DNA from: Ptychomitrium polyphyllum
Lineage: Eukaryota
Reading direction: 5' to 3'
Assembly: GCA_973851085.1 (NCBI GenBank)
Contig: OZ316775.1
Span: 17,980,001 to 18,044,000 of the forward strand
Length of the DNA stretch: 64,000 nt
Shown here: positions 25,520-38,600 of the stretch, piece by piece
How the letters are laid out: each line of letters starts with the position of its first letter
How positions within the stretch are numbered: position 1 is the stretch's first letter
Program-made: the position numbers and the translations under genes
Notes under the pieces: generated by a model
What the model saw: only the letters and a program-made list of their open reading frames with translations
Databases searched by the model: none
What the model was told of the DNA's origin: nothing

Positions 25520-28326
25520 TTCTTTTTAGTATAGATGATTAATGGGTTGCATGAGCTCTGCGACCCTTTCATGATTTTTGAAGTTAAAGAAAGAATACTG
25601 GTAGTTGCAAATGCACCAACCAAGCTTAGTTCCACCTAATTCATGTTGCGTCATGTAGAATTGTTCCGTGATCTGGCGGTCTGCACTTTTTTTTTCTTCT
25701 TTCTTTTTTTCTTGTTGATTACACATCAATTTTACAATCGTCATGCAACAGTAACTGTACAACATGTCAAGCAGAAGCTGCTGATCTAAAGTTAGCCCTT
25801 TCTTCCTGAACTGTTTTCTCTTAGAAGGCTGCACTTCAATGACAATCCCTCTTTTGCATCTTGCTCTTTGGCAACCATCATCTTCTGGATTTGATACTAG
25901 CTTGACTATCAAGTTACACACAGCAATATGAACGTTCAGAAAGAGATTCTTTAGTTGCAACTGACACCATAACATTCCTTAGTCAAATGACTTCTATACA
26001 GAGACTAAATAAATACTACATAAATACTACAGATAATATTTAGAAAAGTTCTACACTTGACGAAGGGGAATATTGTTTCAGTATTGTTGATCATGGTGTA
26101 GGGTAATTTAGCTAAAAAATACTATGGATAAACATATTACTTTATTAATTTGATATTTAAAATTTACTATAATTGACTAGGTCTAGTGTGGATTTTAATT
26201 TAGATTTCCAAGAAAGGATAATTTAGATTTCCAAGAAATAGACCCACTTGCATTGAGAATTTTGATTAATCCTTGAATCCACAAGTTGCTTTTGTTTTCC
26301 TAGTTTTCATAGGAATCTTGGTCTATAGAGGTTTATTACTTATGTAATGGTGTTGTGGCTCTATTTAGCTATATAAATAAGTAATTGTTGATTAATTTTG
26401 AAGAAAAGCTTTAAAATACAATAACTTGCATAAATTGAATTAAATTAAAAGATCCATTCAATAGACCTATTTTTATTGCAATAAAGAAATCAAAATGGTG
26501 AAAGATAAAACAAACCTACCAAATACAAAAGCTTCAAAACTCAACAATGAAACAAATGATTTGAATTTTTAACATTTGCTATGGTTTTGTCATCAAAATT
26601 AACACCCTAGTTCCAAAGGTAAATCAAAATTTTAGAATTGATTCATATAAATCAAAAGATGTAAGAAATTATGTTCATAAATTTAATATAATATTGATGC
26701 TTTGTATATTCTTTTAATAAGTATCTTCTCATTATTATACCTACTTAATTTTCTATAATAAACTTCTACAAGCTAAAAAATCTATAATACTGATTCTTCA
26801 ATCTTTGCAAATATTCACAGAAATAAGTATTCATTTGCATTTTTTTTATAGAAATTATGGTGTTTTTTAAGAAATGGACAAATAGTTCAAGTTAACATAA
26901 ATCACAATCAATATCAACTAGTTATATAAAGTTTTATATTCTATCATAATTACACATTTAATGTTGAGTTTAAAAATTATAGATTGAAATATTACATTTT
27001 ACAACCACAAGTACTAATATCACAAGGCTAGGTAGACTTATAGGTGCCAAGACTTGCTATCATTCCTCTTGATGATAATTTCACTAAGCCTTGTGATATG
27101 GTAGCATCATCAATGCCAAGACTTCTCATTTAATTGCAGAGACATCTTACACCAAATGTTATGGTATTCCCTTCATTACAAGATAATCAATGTGAGGTAG
27201 TCCAATACATTACGTTACCACATGCAGATATTAGTATTTATTATAGAATATGTTTCAACGGGAGTCGTAGAAGTAGGACGAAGTTCACCTTTCCCAAGTT
27301 AAAGTGGGCATTTTATGAGGTGCTTCTACCTGCGTATGTTTCTAGAACTTGAGATGGAATGTCTCGGGAATGGCGCCCCAAGTTGAATGAGTTCCTAGTG
27401 CCGATCTAGAAACCTGTTTCTCTCCTAGATCGTGGCCCCTACAATGTGAACAATGTAGGAGCAACGTGTGCTTCAAGCTACATGTACGAAATGGAACACC
27501 AGGAATGAAAATGTCATGTACATAATGCTTTCTATAGGAAAAGGTCAGCCGATGCTTTTGAGACAGGTGATGAGGTTTCTGTCTCGTTCTTATTAGGTCT
27601 GGTGGCACTAAAGCATATGGAAGCAAACATGCGCACGACTGTTTGGAATCGAGTTCACATCCCGCCACCCGACGTTTCGATGCAGACAAGTTGTGGAGAA
27701 ATCAGCTCTGTAACTGATCGAAAACGGTATCATTACCATGCTGTTTCTTCCATTTCGTCAGGTTACGAAATAACCCCACCCTAGACGAAAATCCATCTAT
27801 AAAAACGCTAAAGAACGCAGCAAATCCAACTCATGGGTAATTAGAAAAGAAAAGTCATATCAAGCACAAAATCTCAACTTATATTACTTGGTGCTACAGA
27901 TAGCACAATCCGTGAGGCAACCTAGACAGCCTCCACTGAAAAAAGGAAAGAACCGGCATTATGCCATTTTAGAAGAACTACATACACTAAAGTTCCAGCA
28001 CACAAAAGTCATTCCCAAGAGTGCTGAATTTCAGTCTAAATGTACAAGCAAAAATGTAGTTATCATTGTACCGCATTACTACCTTTAGAAGACTGCTTCT
28101 CCGGTGAAACACAGAATAGGACTCAAGCTCATGGAGTCATGAACTTGAGCTCCTCTCGAGATGATTCGTGCAACAAGGAGCCAAAAAACTGCTACAATGA
28201 GAAATTTCACCAAGGGACCAAGGGTGCTGATGAAGCAGGTGCGCTTCCACTTGAATTCCAGCTCAACAATCGGGCTTCCCTAAATCGTCGTTTGAAGTCG
28301 GTGTTTTCTGGATACCGTTGGTAGAG

Positions 28327-28788
28327 TCATCCTCCTCTAGCTGTCAAGCATTTAGGCATCTGCATACAAGACGGACGCAAGTGTCGCACACCGTTGTTGA
28401 GATACTGCGAGGTTTTGATGACCATGTTCTCCTTCATAATTCGAGCTCGAAGCGGGAGGCGGTACTTGCACGCCACGACGGCCCACGCCGCGGCCTTCAA
28501 GCGCGTCAGCGATTTCTTCACCTTCTCTGGAGCTTTGGGAGGCTTCGGCGACGCTCTTGTGAAGGTGTAGGTGCGCAAGTACGCTTGCCGGCGTCTGTAA
28601 TCTCGAGGGGCGATGTAAAGCTCGTCGAAGTCGTCTGTATCGGAGTAGTGTTTTCCTAATGGAGAAAACGGGATCTCCATCAACCTAACGCCTTCGGCTA
28701 GGTCTGTGTCTGAGGTACGCCTGCTAATCACATTGGGAATGCTTCCAAAGGGAGAGCGCCTTCCTGACGAGTTTGCGTATGAACCCAT
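28327..28788 (-). CDS. Small basic plant protein of unknown function (153 aa, RRQxYLRxYxF motif)
   Basis: Clean ATG-TGA ORF in GC-richer DNA. YRRRQAYLRTYTFTR...PEKVKKSL resembles an uncharacterised motif I recall from small land-plant proteins. Confidence 0.75.
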   Translation of the reverse strand: MGSYANSSGRRSPFGSIPNVISRRTSDTDLAEGVRLMEIPFSPLGKHYSDTDDFDELYIAPRDYRRRQAYLRTYTFTRASPKPPKAPEKVKKSLTRLKAAAWAVVACKYRLPLRARIMKENMVIKTSQYLNNGVRHLRPSCMQMPKCLTARGG

Positions 28789-29090
28789 TGTTGCGAGTGC
28801 AATTCACGATTCACACTATAACAATGAAAAAACCAAATGAAAACAATACGCTCCCCTCAAATTCTTGATGTACGGCCGGATGAGAGTAACTGCAGCTATA
28901 ATCGCAGCAAGGGAGCGATCAACTCCAGAGTAACGACTATCTCAGAGAGATACAAGAACGAATAATGATTGGCAGAGCATGATGAGGAGCTCAAACACTT
29001 AAACCAATCCGACAGTTCTGTACCGTCCTCTTCACTACACGAGTATTGAAACGTAAATCACCATAGCCAATGCTGGCTGGCTCTGCGAGC

Positions 29091-29730
29091 TCTCATCAGT
29101 CGAAACTTCCAATTGTTCCTCAAAATTGGAACAAGAACACCTGGCAATACACACCATGAGTATCACGATTGAGACGAGTCCGATTCACAGAAAGCCGACC
29201 GTCACCATTACACATCGATGACTATAGGTACTTAATTGTAGAGCTCTGCAGCTCTAGAGCTAAGCTCTTATCAAACGAAAGCTCTTCCACAAAAACCCGA
29301 ATAAGGACTCCTGACAATCAACACAACAGCAACCATACGATTGAAAGAAGCGCTGAGTTCACAGATGAACCGCCACCATTACTTTCACACAACAATGGTT
29401 ACAGGGACTCGGTTGCAGCTGAGCTCCAAAGTCAAGTTCTCATCAATGTTCGAAACCTCTGTTCCAAGAAACCCGAACAAGAGTACTCGACAATCAACAC
29501 AACAGCGAGCAGGATGACAGAGACAAGAGCGCGCAATTCAGACGGATCGTCACCATCACTATTACACAAAAATGACGGTAGCTTGGCAAGCACTAATCAA
29601 TCGAAACTCTGTTCCACAAAACCCGATCAAAACGGGACAAGAACATCTGACACGACACAGCAACGAGCAGGATGATTGAAACAACCGGAACTCACAGACT
29701 AAGGTTCCTCACCGTCAACATCACACAATA
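29091..29730. repeat. Diverged tandem repeat, ~4 units of ~155-175 bp
   Basis: Recurring core TCATCA..CGAAAC..TGTTCCACAAAACCCGAACAAG..GACAATCAACACAACAGC starting near 29091, 29266, 29438 and 29592. Confidence 0.7.
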
Positions 29731-32700
29731 ATCGTACAGCTACTATATGGCACCAGCTCCGCACCAGCTCTCCTCTCCATGTGATCTACAACACTCAAAT
29801 CTCGTCCGAAAATAAACAACCATTTACACTCGTGCGAAAACAAAAAGCACACATCTCACCGAGCTCAACCCACTGGTTAATCGATCGCCACAACATTAAA
29901 ACCCCTGCATGAATCAGAAAGAACAATCTTTCCTGCTCTTTTTCTCCAAACCTGACTAAACTATGCGCCACTCATGGCTCAAACAAACTTCCAGCATCGT
30001 AAAAAGAGTCCTTCTCTCAGCGACCATCACAGCACGCAACCAATTGCTCCACCAATGAACGAAATTGCAAAGGAAACTAAAACAAGAATGGCTCCGACAT
30101 GTAACCATGATGTAAATAAACCCTAGCTCAGTGATCTGATAAACCTTGAGCACAATAAAGCTTGGACAGGCTTTCAAAGTCGTAATCCTGTGCATTTCTC
30201 TAGATACCCGCCATAGTAGGACCCATACATCATATTGGTATCGCGTGAGCATCACACCAGTATCGTCTAGGCATCAATTGAGATGACGATGTGGTGAACG
30301 TGGTCAGAACCTAATCGCAGTGTTATCGACAGAATTACAACGCAGTAATCCAGTCCAATTGTCACGATCAACCTGCCTGATCAGAACCAGATATTACAGG
30401 GGTATCGCACGTAGCACACTATTATCGCCCAAGTATCAATCGAGAGGAAATGGAGTGAACGCTGCTGGAACCCAATTCCATTGATGACAATGAGCATCGA
30501 CACGCTTACAACGCGGTAATCTTGTGCAATTTCTGGTGATATCTGCCTGAGTAGGACCCGCGTATGGCCGCAGTATTTAATGTGCATTTCAAAAGTATCG
30601 TCCTGGTATTGTACGAGATGAGGATTTTGTGAATGGGGCCGAATTGCGACGAGAGTACCAAATGCCATGAAATTGCCTTCGAAAAGGTGTTTTTCGGAAT
30701 TACTAAGATGATTCCGCTCATTAGGCATTTCACTCAGAAGTATAATTATACTTTAGTTATAATACAGTTAACTAATATATGAATATTTATTACTGTAATT
30801 TTCATTTAATTAATTATAATCATATATGATAAATCAATTATTTAATGTTTTCACATCTCATATGAGTTCGTACTAATAGTCAAAATCAAATAGAACTTTG
30901 AATTTTTATTCCACATGAGATTATTTTTTTATTAAGCACATCTTGAAACATGTGCATTGTTTTTTAACATATGTTATATGAAAAACATTAAAGAATTTCC
31001 CTTCTTTTTCAGCACTAAATGACTTTTATTTGTTAATTCAAATCAAAAATATTGATTTGGTATGTATGCAAAATCAAGATGTGTTAAAAATTATTACTTT
31101 GCTTAAATATTGAGGTTTGTATCAAATAATAAAAATGGTTACATGGCCGATTATAATATATTTATTGGAATTTTCACATCTTAAAACTATTTCTTTGAGA
31201 ATTCCTGAAATTGCCTTTTGATACAAACTATTATATGACATGGCATTGAGTGCTAAGCCACATCAAATAAAAATAATATAATTTATTTTAGGGAATTTTT
31301 TCATCCATTTTGTGTAAATTTCATATTAGCCGGTTCTTAGTGCCAATTAGGATTTGAAGAAAGTATTAAGTGAAGAAGCTCCCTTGACTTGACATTCTTT
31401 GCCAAGTCAAATCTTGTGAGTGTAATTTGAGAAAAAAAGACCTTCATAGGTGTGCTTTAAAATGCTAGTGTAACCAAGTAATAAAGCCTTAAATTTCCCC
31501 TCTCAATTCCAATTCAGATTCTTTCTTAATGGAGTGAGAAATACCATAAGCTTATGCTACCTAAATTTGAGAGGTTTTACAATTTTGAGTTAAAGGGGTC
31601 CCATGATTCGATACTCCTTCTTACACCCACTCCTAGTAAGGTTTGTGAGTGGGGTTTGATGAATGAAGGGAGAGTTCTTCAAATCTTAATAAACACTAAA
31701 TCAAACTTTGTTGGTGGAGAGGAAGTCTGATGCCTGCCAGGGCAGGCACCTTCCACCCCGCCCCCAGCACGCAAGCGCAACAAGCTAGCTCGCCGGCTAA
31801 CCGACAATCGTAAGCTGGTTACCCACCAGACGCGCCACTTGCGCGCCGCGCCTGCAGAGCAGTGTACAAGAGCTAGCACTCACAGGTCGCCCGCTGGTTG
31901 ACGCCTGCTCGTCGTCCACCTGTCAGCCGGTCGCCGCCCGGCATGCTCGATACCCGGGGCTGGGATTCCGTTCCGGGCGTCATTTGAGCCTCGTATTCCT
32001 AGTGGTCAAATTCCCGCACCCGTGGCAATTGAGTTTATGGAACTGTAAGAGGTTTTATTTTTCCCTTCTCTTATTTTCATCTTTATCTGAATTTTTTTTG
32101 TTTTGGCCCAATTCGTTTTCTCATTTCATCCTAGTTGGATGTATTTGTTTTTAAGAAGTTCTTTCAAGCATTGTAGAGGAATTCTTAAGGTTCCAATTAT
32201 ATAAATTTATACTTGTAGTTGGTCTAGATGCAAGCCAAATGTAAATTGTCCTTAAGCCTTTGGATAGTTGCATATAATCAAGTAGTTACTTTTGTGGTCT
32301 CGACTAAGAATTAATATTGTCAATCTTTCTTGCTAAATTATTTGGAGAGTAATAGTGCTAAGGACTTTGAGCTCGTGATGTATACCAATAAGGTTTTTCA
32401 TCCTATTTTGATATGGAACACTGCTTGAAGGCTTTAAATCTCCGATGTAGGTACATTTGAGAAGATGGAGAGTAATCCTCACAACATGGTAAATAATCAA
32501 GTCTTGGAACAAACAAGGAGCATTTCTTTGTTTGATTGGAAGTTGAAATTTTGAATTTGGATGATGGAAAATAACTAACAGTCCTCCAACTTCAGTTATT
32601 GTATACATTTGAATTGTTGCCATAGAATTTGAAGCATGAAGTGCTCTAAACTTATAAAAGATTAATAAGATGGTGGCAACCACCATGGATAGGCCACAAA

Positions 32701-33293
32701 AGAACTTGTATAAACGCCACAATGGTATATAGGACCAAACTAACCAAGTTTAGATGTCATTATCATTTGACCTTGTAAATGTTAAGTTCTATATTTCAAC
32801 TCTACACTCCACCTTTAATACATGGAGAGCCTTTTTTTAAACGCTTTGCATACTATGACTTACAAGGTATGGCACACTTATTTTTTAATGTTGTATTAAT
32901 GGCAGACGATTTTAGCACTAGATTTCAAGCCAACAAGGATTTTCACTTAATTGATAAGATCTTGGAAATGCAAACTAATGATGCCATTTCTTTAGGTGGC
33001 TCAAGCAATTACTAAGTCTTTGCGGATGAAGATTTATTTAAATTGCAAATAAGGTTGACAATAGACACCATTGCATTTATTTAATGAAGGTACTCTACAC
33101 CAAAGTAGGCCTATGCCTTTGTTTGATACGCCATTGACAAAAAGAATGATTTATTTGTTTGATGTTATAGCTAAGCTTGCTTGGAAACGTTAAATTTTCT
33201 ATTGGATTTTATACGGCATTTGGTTAATGACAGCAATGTGTTTTTGTTGGCCACATGGATGGTTTTACCTCTAATTTTACAATAATGTGAGTT

Positions 33294-33448
33294 ATAATGA
33301 ACTTTGGTGCTCATCCAATTATGATTGGCTAAAGAATTAGGTCTTAAATTGGCATACCTTGAGCCTTGCCCTTTCACCATTCTGACTTCACTTTGAGGCA
33401 CAGCCTGCTACAAGCTTTACTAAGCAACCATTGCAATTGATTTTTGAC
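33294..33448 (+). pseudogene. Fossil retropepsin-like (aspartic protease) segment of an old retroelement
   Basis: Across two frameshifts it reads IMNFGAHPIMIG / AKELGLKLAYLEPCPFTILTSL*G / ATSFTKQPLQLIFD, i.e. a decayed DSGA-type protease motif followed by an AxxLGL helix. Confidence 0.55.
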
Positions 33449-35614
33449 AACCATTCTGGAAATATGCACAAGTGTGGGTGTTGCAGCTTTTGGGATAAGA
33501 ATGTTACTTCTGGGATATGAATGTTCTGTACAAAGGCATGATGTGTGAGTGGAAGTGGTCCTGAACCTGAAGGTTCTTGAATCTGGAAATGTAGGTAGCA
33601 TGCATGGAGGATGATGTATCATATCTCACATGAACTTGGACTTCACACAAAGCTGATAAAGAAATTTCTTCAAGCATATTGTGTACTACTGGTTCCAAGA
33701 CAGCATAATCTTGTGGTATTACAATGTGGTATTAATGTAGTGGCTACTATTAAGCACAGCAAGTAATAATATGTACATTGGAGTAAACTTCCTTTTGTTT
33801 TGAATCAAAATACAAAACAATAGTAAACATAAGGTATATGAACTTGAAACTACAGGATATCACTCCTTTTTCTAATTTCTGATAGCAAAATTTAGTTCCA
33901 ACATGCCAGAGAATATCAACTGTGCACTGAAATGCTCAGTGGCTCCACCTGCTAAGTTGGCAATGGACAGCTTGCCCAAGAGTTTAGAATGTAAGTTATG
34001 AATCATATTAATAAAGTTATAATGAGTAATTCTGTCCCTTTGTGTGCAATTTGTATTAGCATTATGAAATATGGAATGACATCACTACAGTTTCACCCAG
34101 AGTCTATTATGTTTAACATTTGATGTTTAAATTCTTTTGAAATATATTTATTGGCAAGTTTGATTTTAGTCTTACATTGTAGCTCTTCTTCACAGCATAC
34201 CACTGTTGGGAAGTTCAATATCCAGTAAATCTGATAATTATTAATATTACATGTGAATTTTGAACATGCCATGATGGTCTGTTGTTTGAAAGGATCACAT
34301 GAAAATTGGTTCTCTCATCAGATTTCAGTGACTCCAAGCTTGGACTCACCAAGTGCTACAATTCACACTGTAATTTACATGTGAATCAATAGCTGGAGGC
34401 ACACATAGGTCACAATACTGACCACCACCTATCACTACTTCAAACTGAGATTGCTTTCCCTCCCATCTTTCTCTTATGCCATCATGAGCATTTACAAGAA
34501 AAGTTGTGGTTTTCCCTCCCAGGTGCTGCTTGAAGAAGGTATTCCTGTGGCAATAACTTAGCTTTGCAATAATAGACACATGTAACCCATTGCATTCATT
34601 AGTGTATACATCTCTTTGAAGTTGACTGCCGTAGGAGTAGCTTGACAGTCTAGTCAAAACTTATGAGGCTTCATATTCCATATTATGAATGGAAACAAAT
34701 CAATTTCAAAAAACAAATTCTCGTCTGACACTCTCACGTGCTAGATATTATACAGTTGACTTACACTCTTCCACTATGATCAGCAGGCAAGTGCAGGCTG
34801 GGTATCATGTCCTACATTATTATGAAGAAATTGAAAATGATGTCAACGAAGACAGGCTTGTCAGAAGTGGTTGATTTGCAGGGTTCCAGTGCAAGACCGC
34901 AAGCGTGACAGTTAGATCGGTATTAACCATAAGCTTTTGCAAAGGGAAAAGAAAGAGGGATGCCTTCAAATATTCATGTCAAAGAGATCGACTGAAAATT
35001 TTAAAAATTGAGGGAAATTGGGGAAAAGGTTAATTAAAAATAAATAGTACTACCGGGTGTATACATATCGGTTCCAGTGAAGCTTTGTACAGTTTGCAAT
35101 GAAATTGGTTTTCACTTGTTTTCAAACCAACAAACTAAGAAAAAGATAGGGGATAAGAAACAAAAAGAAAAGAAGAGCAAGAAAAAGAAATCTCTCAATA
35201 AACGATCTTTCCACATTAGGGTCAGAAAGTTGGAACAGTTTTTTCTGCTGCAGTGTTGCATATGTGCACATCAGAAGCTAATATGAAATTCAAGGATTAG
35301 AACAAAACAATTGCAATATTATGTAGAATGGAGGAAGTTCCTTGTATGAACTCTTCTAAACTATACACTTCGAAACTTCTGATACCCGCAACTACAACAT
35401 TGCTACCAGAAGGTTTCCTAATACCTCAAAACTGTACAATTGATGATAATTTCAATATTTCTGCAATGAACGATTGTTCATTCAATGTTTGCAATCCTCA
35501 AACACAGAGGCGCCCTACCTTGACAAGTTGAGTATTCACTGTAGTCATCTGCACCTAGAGATCATGAATAACGTACCATGTGTTTACAAATTGTTGTAAA
35601 GAAATTGGGCTATT

Positions 35615-38600
35615 CTAGCGAAGTATCTTGCCAGTCTGCCTCAGATGATGGAGAGTTCCGGGAAGGCCATTCTTAGCAACTGCTGCAGAGGCAGCTCTAA
35701 AACCGTCACCATAGATAGGCGACGAGTCTGTTTCAATTTGGTTCAAGAAAAACTCGCCCAGACGTTTGCTAATTGATGACCCACCATAGCTTCTTCGCGT
35801 CAAAATTTGAAGCTCTGCTTTTAGCCACATGTAAGCAATGACTTGGCATACACCCTCCTCTATGTCATTCTCCAGGTTTGGAAATCTTCCTGAAAAATTA
35901 GCCTCACATGAGTCAGATATCTCTTCTAACCGGAAGAACTACGTCACACTCGGAATGACGTTGGAATGACAGGATATGAGAATTCTACCTTATATGGGTT
36001 GGTAAGTTGTGCAATGAAGATTGAAGTTCTTTTATGTAAAAGAAAATTAAGATTAAAACTGGGTGTTCAGCTTACCGTCAAGACGAATCCATGCATGCAT
36101 CAGTTCGTGTGCTAGGATAGATCCTGTTAACAATCTGCACATTTAAGCGATCCACAGTGCTCAGACAATGAATTTGAGAAGACTTTTTGGTAGAGTATTA
36201 TAGAAGGCCATTTTCAGTAGTGATTGTGATTATGTAGGAGAGTGGTGCCTTTTTTTGCAGGGAAACTAAATGCGACAGACTTTCAATAAAAAATTATGAA
36301 CACATGTTGTGAAGCAAGGATAAAAAGCATGCCTGGGTAAGCCATAGAGAACGAGAATGGCTGTAACCTCACAATGGCGAGTTAACTTCCTCATTTCTGT
36401 TTCATGGTAGCCACCATGTTCCAAGACCTGCTTAAAACGGATTCAGCGCTGTGAGCAATAACATGGGATTTTAAGCAATTAACGGAAAGCAATTTGGAAA
36501 GGAGCCTCTAAAACACGGAAGAACAATCTAATATCATGTTGTTCCAGGAATTCTTGCACGATCCTCCTCACGTCGTTCTCCAACAATTCATCAGCATGAA
36601 GTACGACTACAAGAAAAACTGCTCCTGTCATCACCTAGAAAAGGGAGTTCAGTTATCTTACAGGGAGGATTTGCTCCTCAGATAAACACAAACCTCGAGT
36701 TTCTGGGGCGTGAGTGTGCCCCTGCGTTCATCCATAGAATTCATTCAATTCAAGTCCAAAATAGAGGATCATAGAATATTAATGAACTGTAAGAACTATG
36801 CAAGCACCAGACAGTTGCTTTCAGGGTTAGACCATTCTAACCCTAAGACAGAATACAACAAGTGCGTTGCTTAGGTGAGCCAAAGGAAAGAGTAACCTTC
36901 AACATTCGCTTGCAAGTCGCAACAGGAGAGGAAACTTACATCCTTTTCGACTTCTTGGGCACTGTTTAGCGCCTCCCGCTCTACCAGAAGCATTGGAACT
37001 TCGTGTAAAATAGGCATGCGGAGGGTACTCCTGTAGAATTCTAGTACATCCCGGTAAAGAGGCTGGCAATCCTTGGTAGCCATCACTGCAGATTCTATGC
37101 ATTCCGAGCACATCTTCCTTCCGTCTCCCAAACTCTGGTACCGTTGATCCTCTGGCTAAAAGTTTCATATGAACGAGGTTACAGGAAAGACACCAATCTG
37201 TGAAGCTCTTAAACCTTAAACATAAAACCTTTAACATGATCAACTCAAGAAGAATTATCCTCAACCTACCTCAATGCGATCACAGCTGCAGCAGCATGTA
37301 CTTCCATCTCTTTCGTGTTGTGGACAGTACCTCTGGTTCCAGAATGGGTGAGAACGGTACTCTATCTACCCTCGAGCATTTAAAGGAATCTACAAGCATC
37401 CAAACTTGTTCAGTTACGAAATCTTTGGATTGGACCTTTTCTGTAAAATGGCACGGAAAGGGAGTGTTTTCTTTGTAGTCATCATGATTATTTCGAGTTC
37501 GTGATCAACATGACAGAATTGGGTGAAAGTGGGACTTACATGCTTGTAGCAGATCTCACACTTTGGATGGAAGAGCGTTTTGTAACAATCGCGGTGATAG
37601 GGATCACTTCCATGAACAGAGAACTGCTGACCCAACAATGAACACTTCAGAATTCCGAACTCGTTTAGTGCTGTTACTGGACTGAAGAAAGAAACACCCT
37701 TGGCTTACTGAGTATCGAGGTTGTAATCTGAGGATGAGCACCTCATGGGTGGGTGGCCTAGAGGGCTGGATTTACATTATGGAGTCTATGCTCACCCTTG
37801 GAAGTACTCAATCCTCAGACTCCACCCCCCTGAGTATCCATGAAAAGCCTGTAATTTGCTCATCGGTTACCTCCTTATCCACAATTGCATTGCGGCAGTA
37901 TTCGCAGCTAAAGCAAGCTGGATGCCAATTCTGGTTAAGACATGTCAAAAATCTTCCGAATCCAAGAGCGCTGTGACAACCAGCACATGTCGACATTCCC
38001 ACAGATCTGCTTAACATTGTTAAAAACTTTAGATCTTAAATTCTACAAGAAAAATTATGTAGCCCACCCAACAATGGCACTTCCTACCCAGTCACAGAAG
38101 TGAACTCAGGTGCATCACTCTCCAAAATTATGGCAAGAAACCCAATAGCATCACAACACTCCAGTAACGAGAAATTTAATTGGAAACCACGTACTTGCTT
38201 CTGGTGGCAGTTTCTGGATTGGCAGGAAGAGCAACAGCTGGGGTGCCATATGAACCTGGATACCCACTAAGGCTCAAAGTTTCTTGCAAAGCTCTTGCCA
38301 AAACATCATTCCTGGTGTCGTAATCTTCAGTCTTGTACCTTCCTAATACATCCACCTCGTTAATGCAAGCCTTTAACCCCATTCGGACCACCAGTATCAG
38401 TTTCATAACCAAGCTTCCAAGAGCACCAAATCCTGATTAAACTAATGAGCTACTAATCTGCCATGCTGCAAAAGCAAGCAGGCAGATAATTCGCATAAAC
38501 TGGGAGGCAGGCTCTGCTTACTGGTATGATTATATGCTGCAAGGGGCTGCTCTTCAATCCTGCCATTAGCGGAGTCCCTAAATTTCCCGCTTGCAGGATT

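Noticed and set aside
25526..25975. 149-aa minus-strand ORF
   Set aside because: Low-complexity, non-ATG start, overlaps the 3' region of the GT37 gene, and has no motif or splice support.
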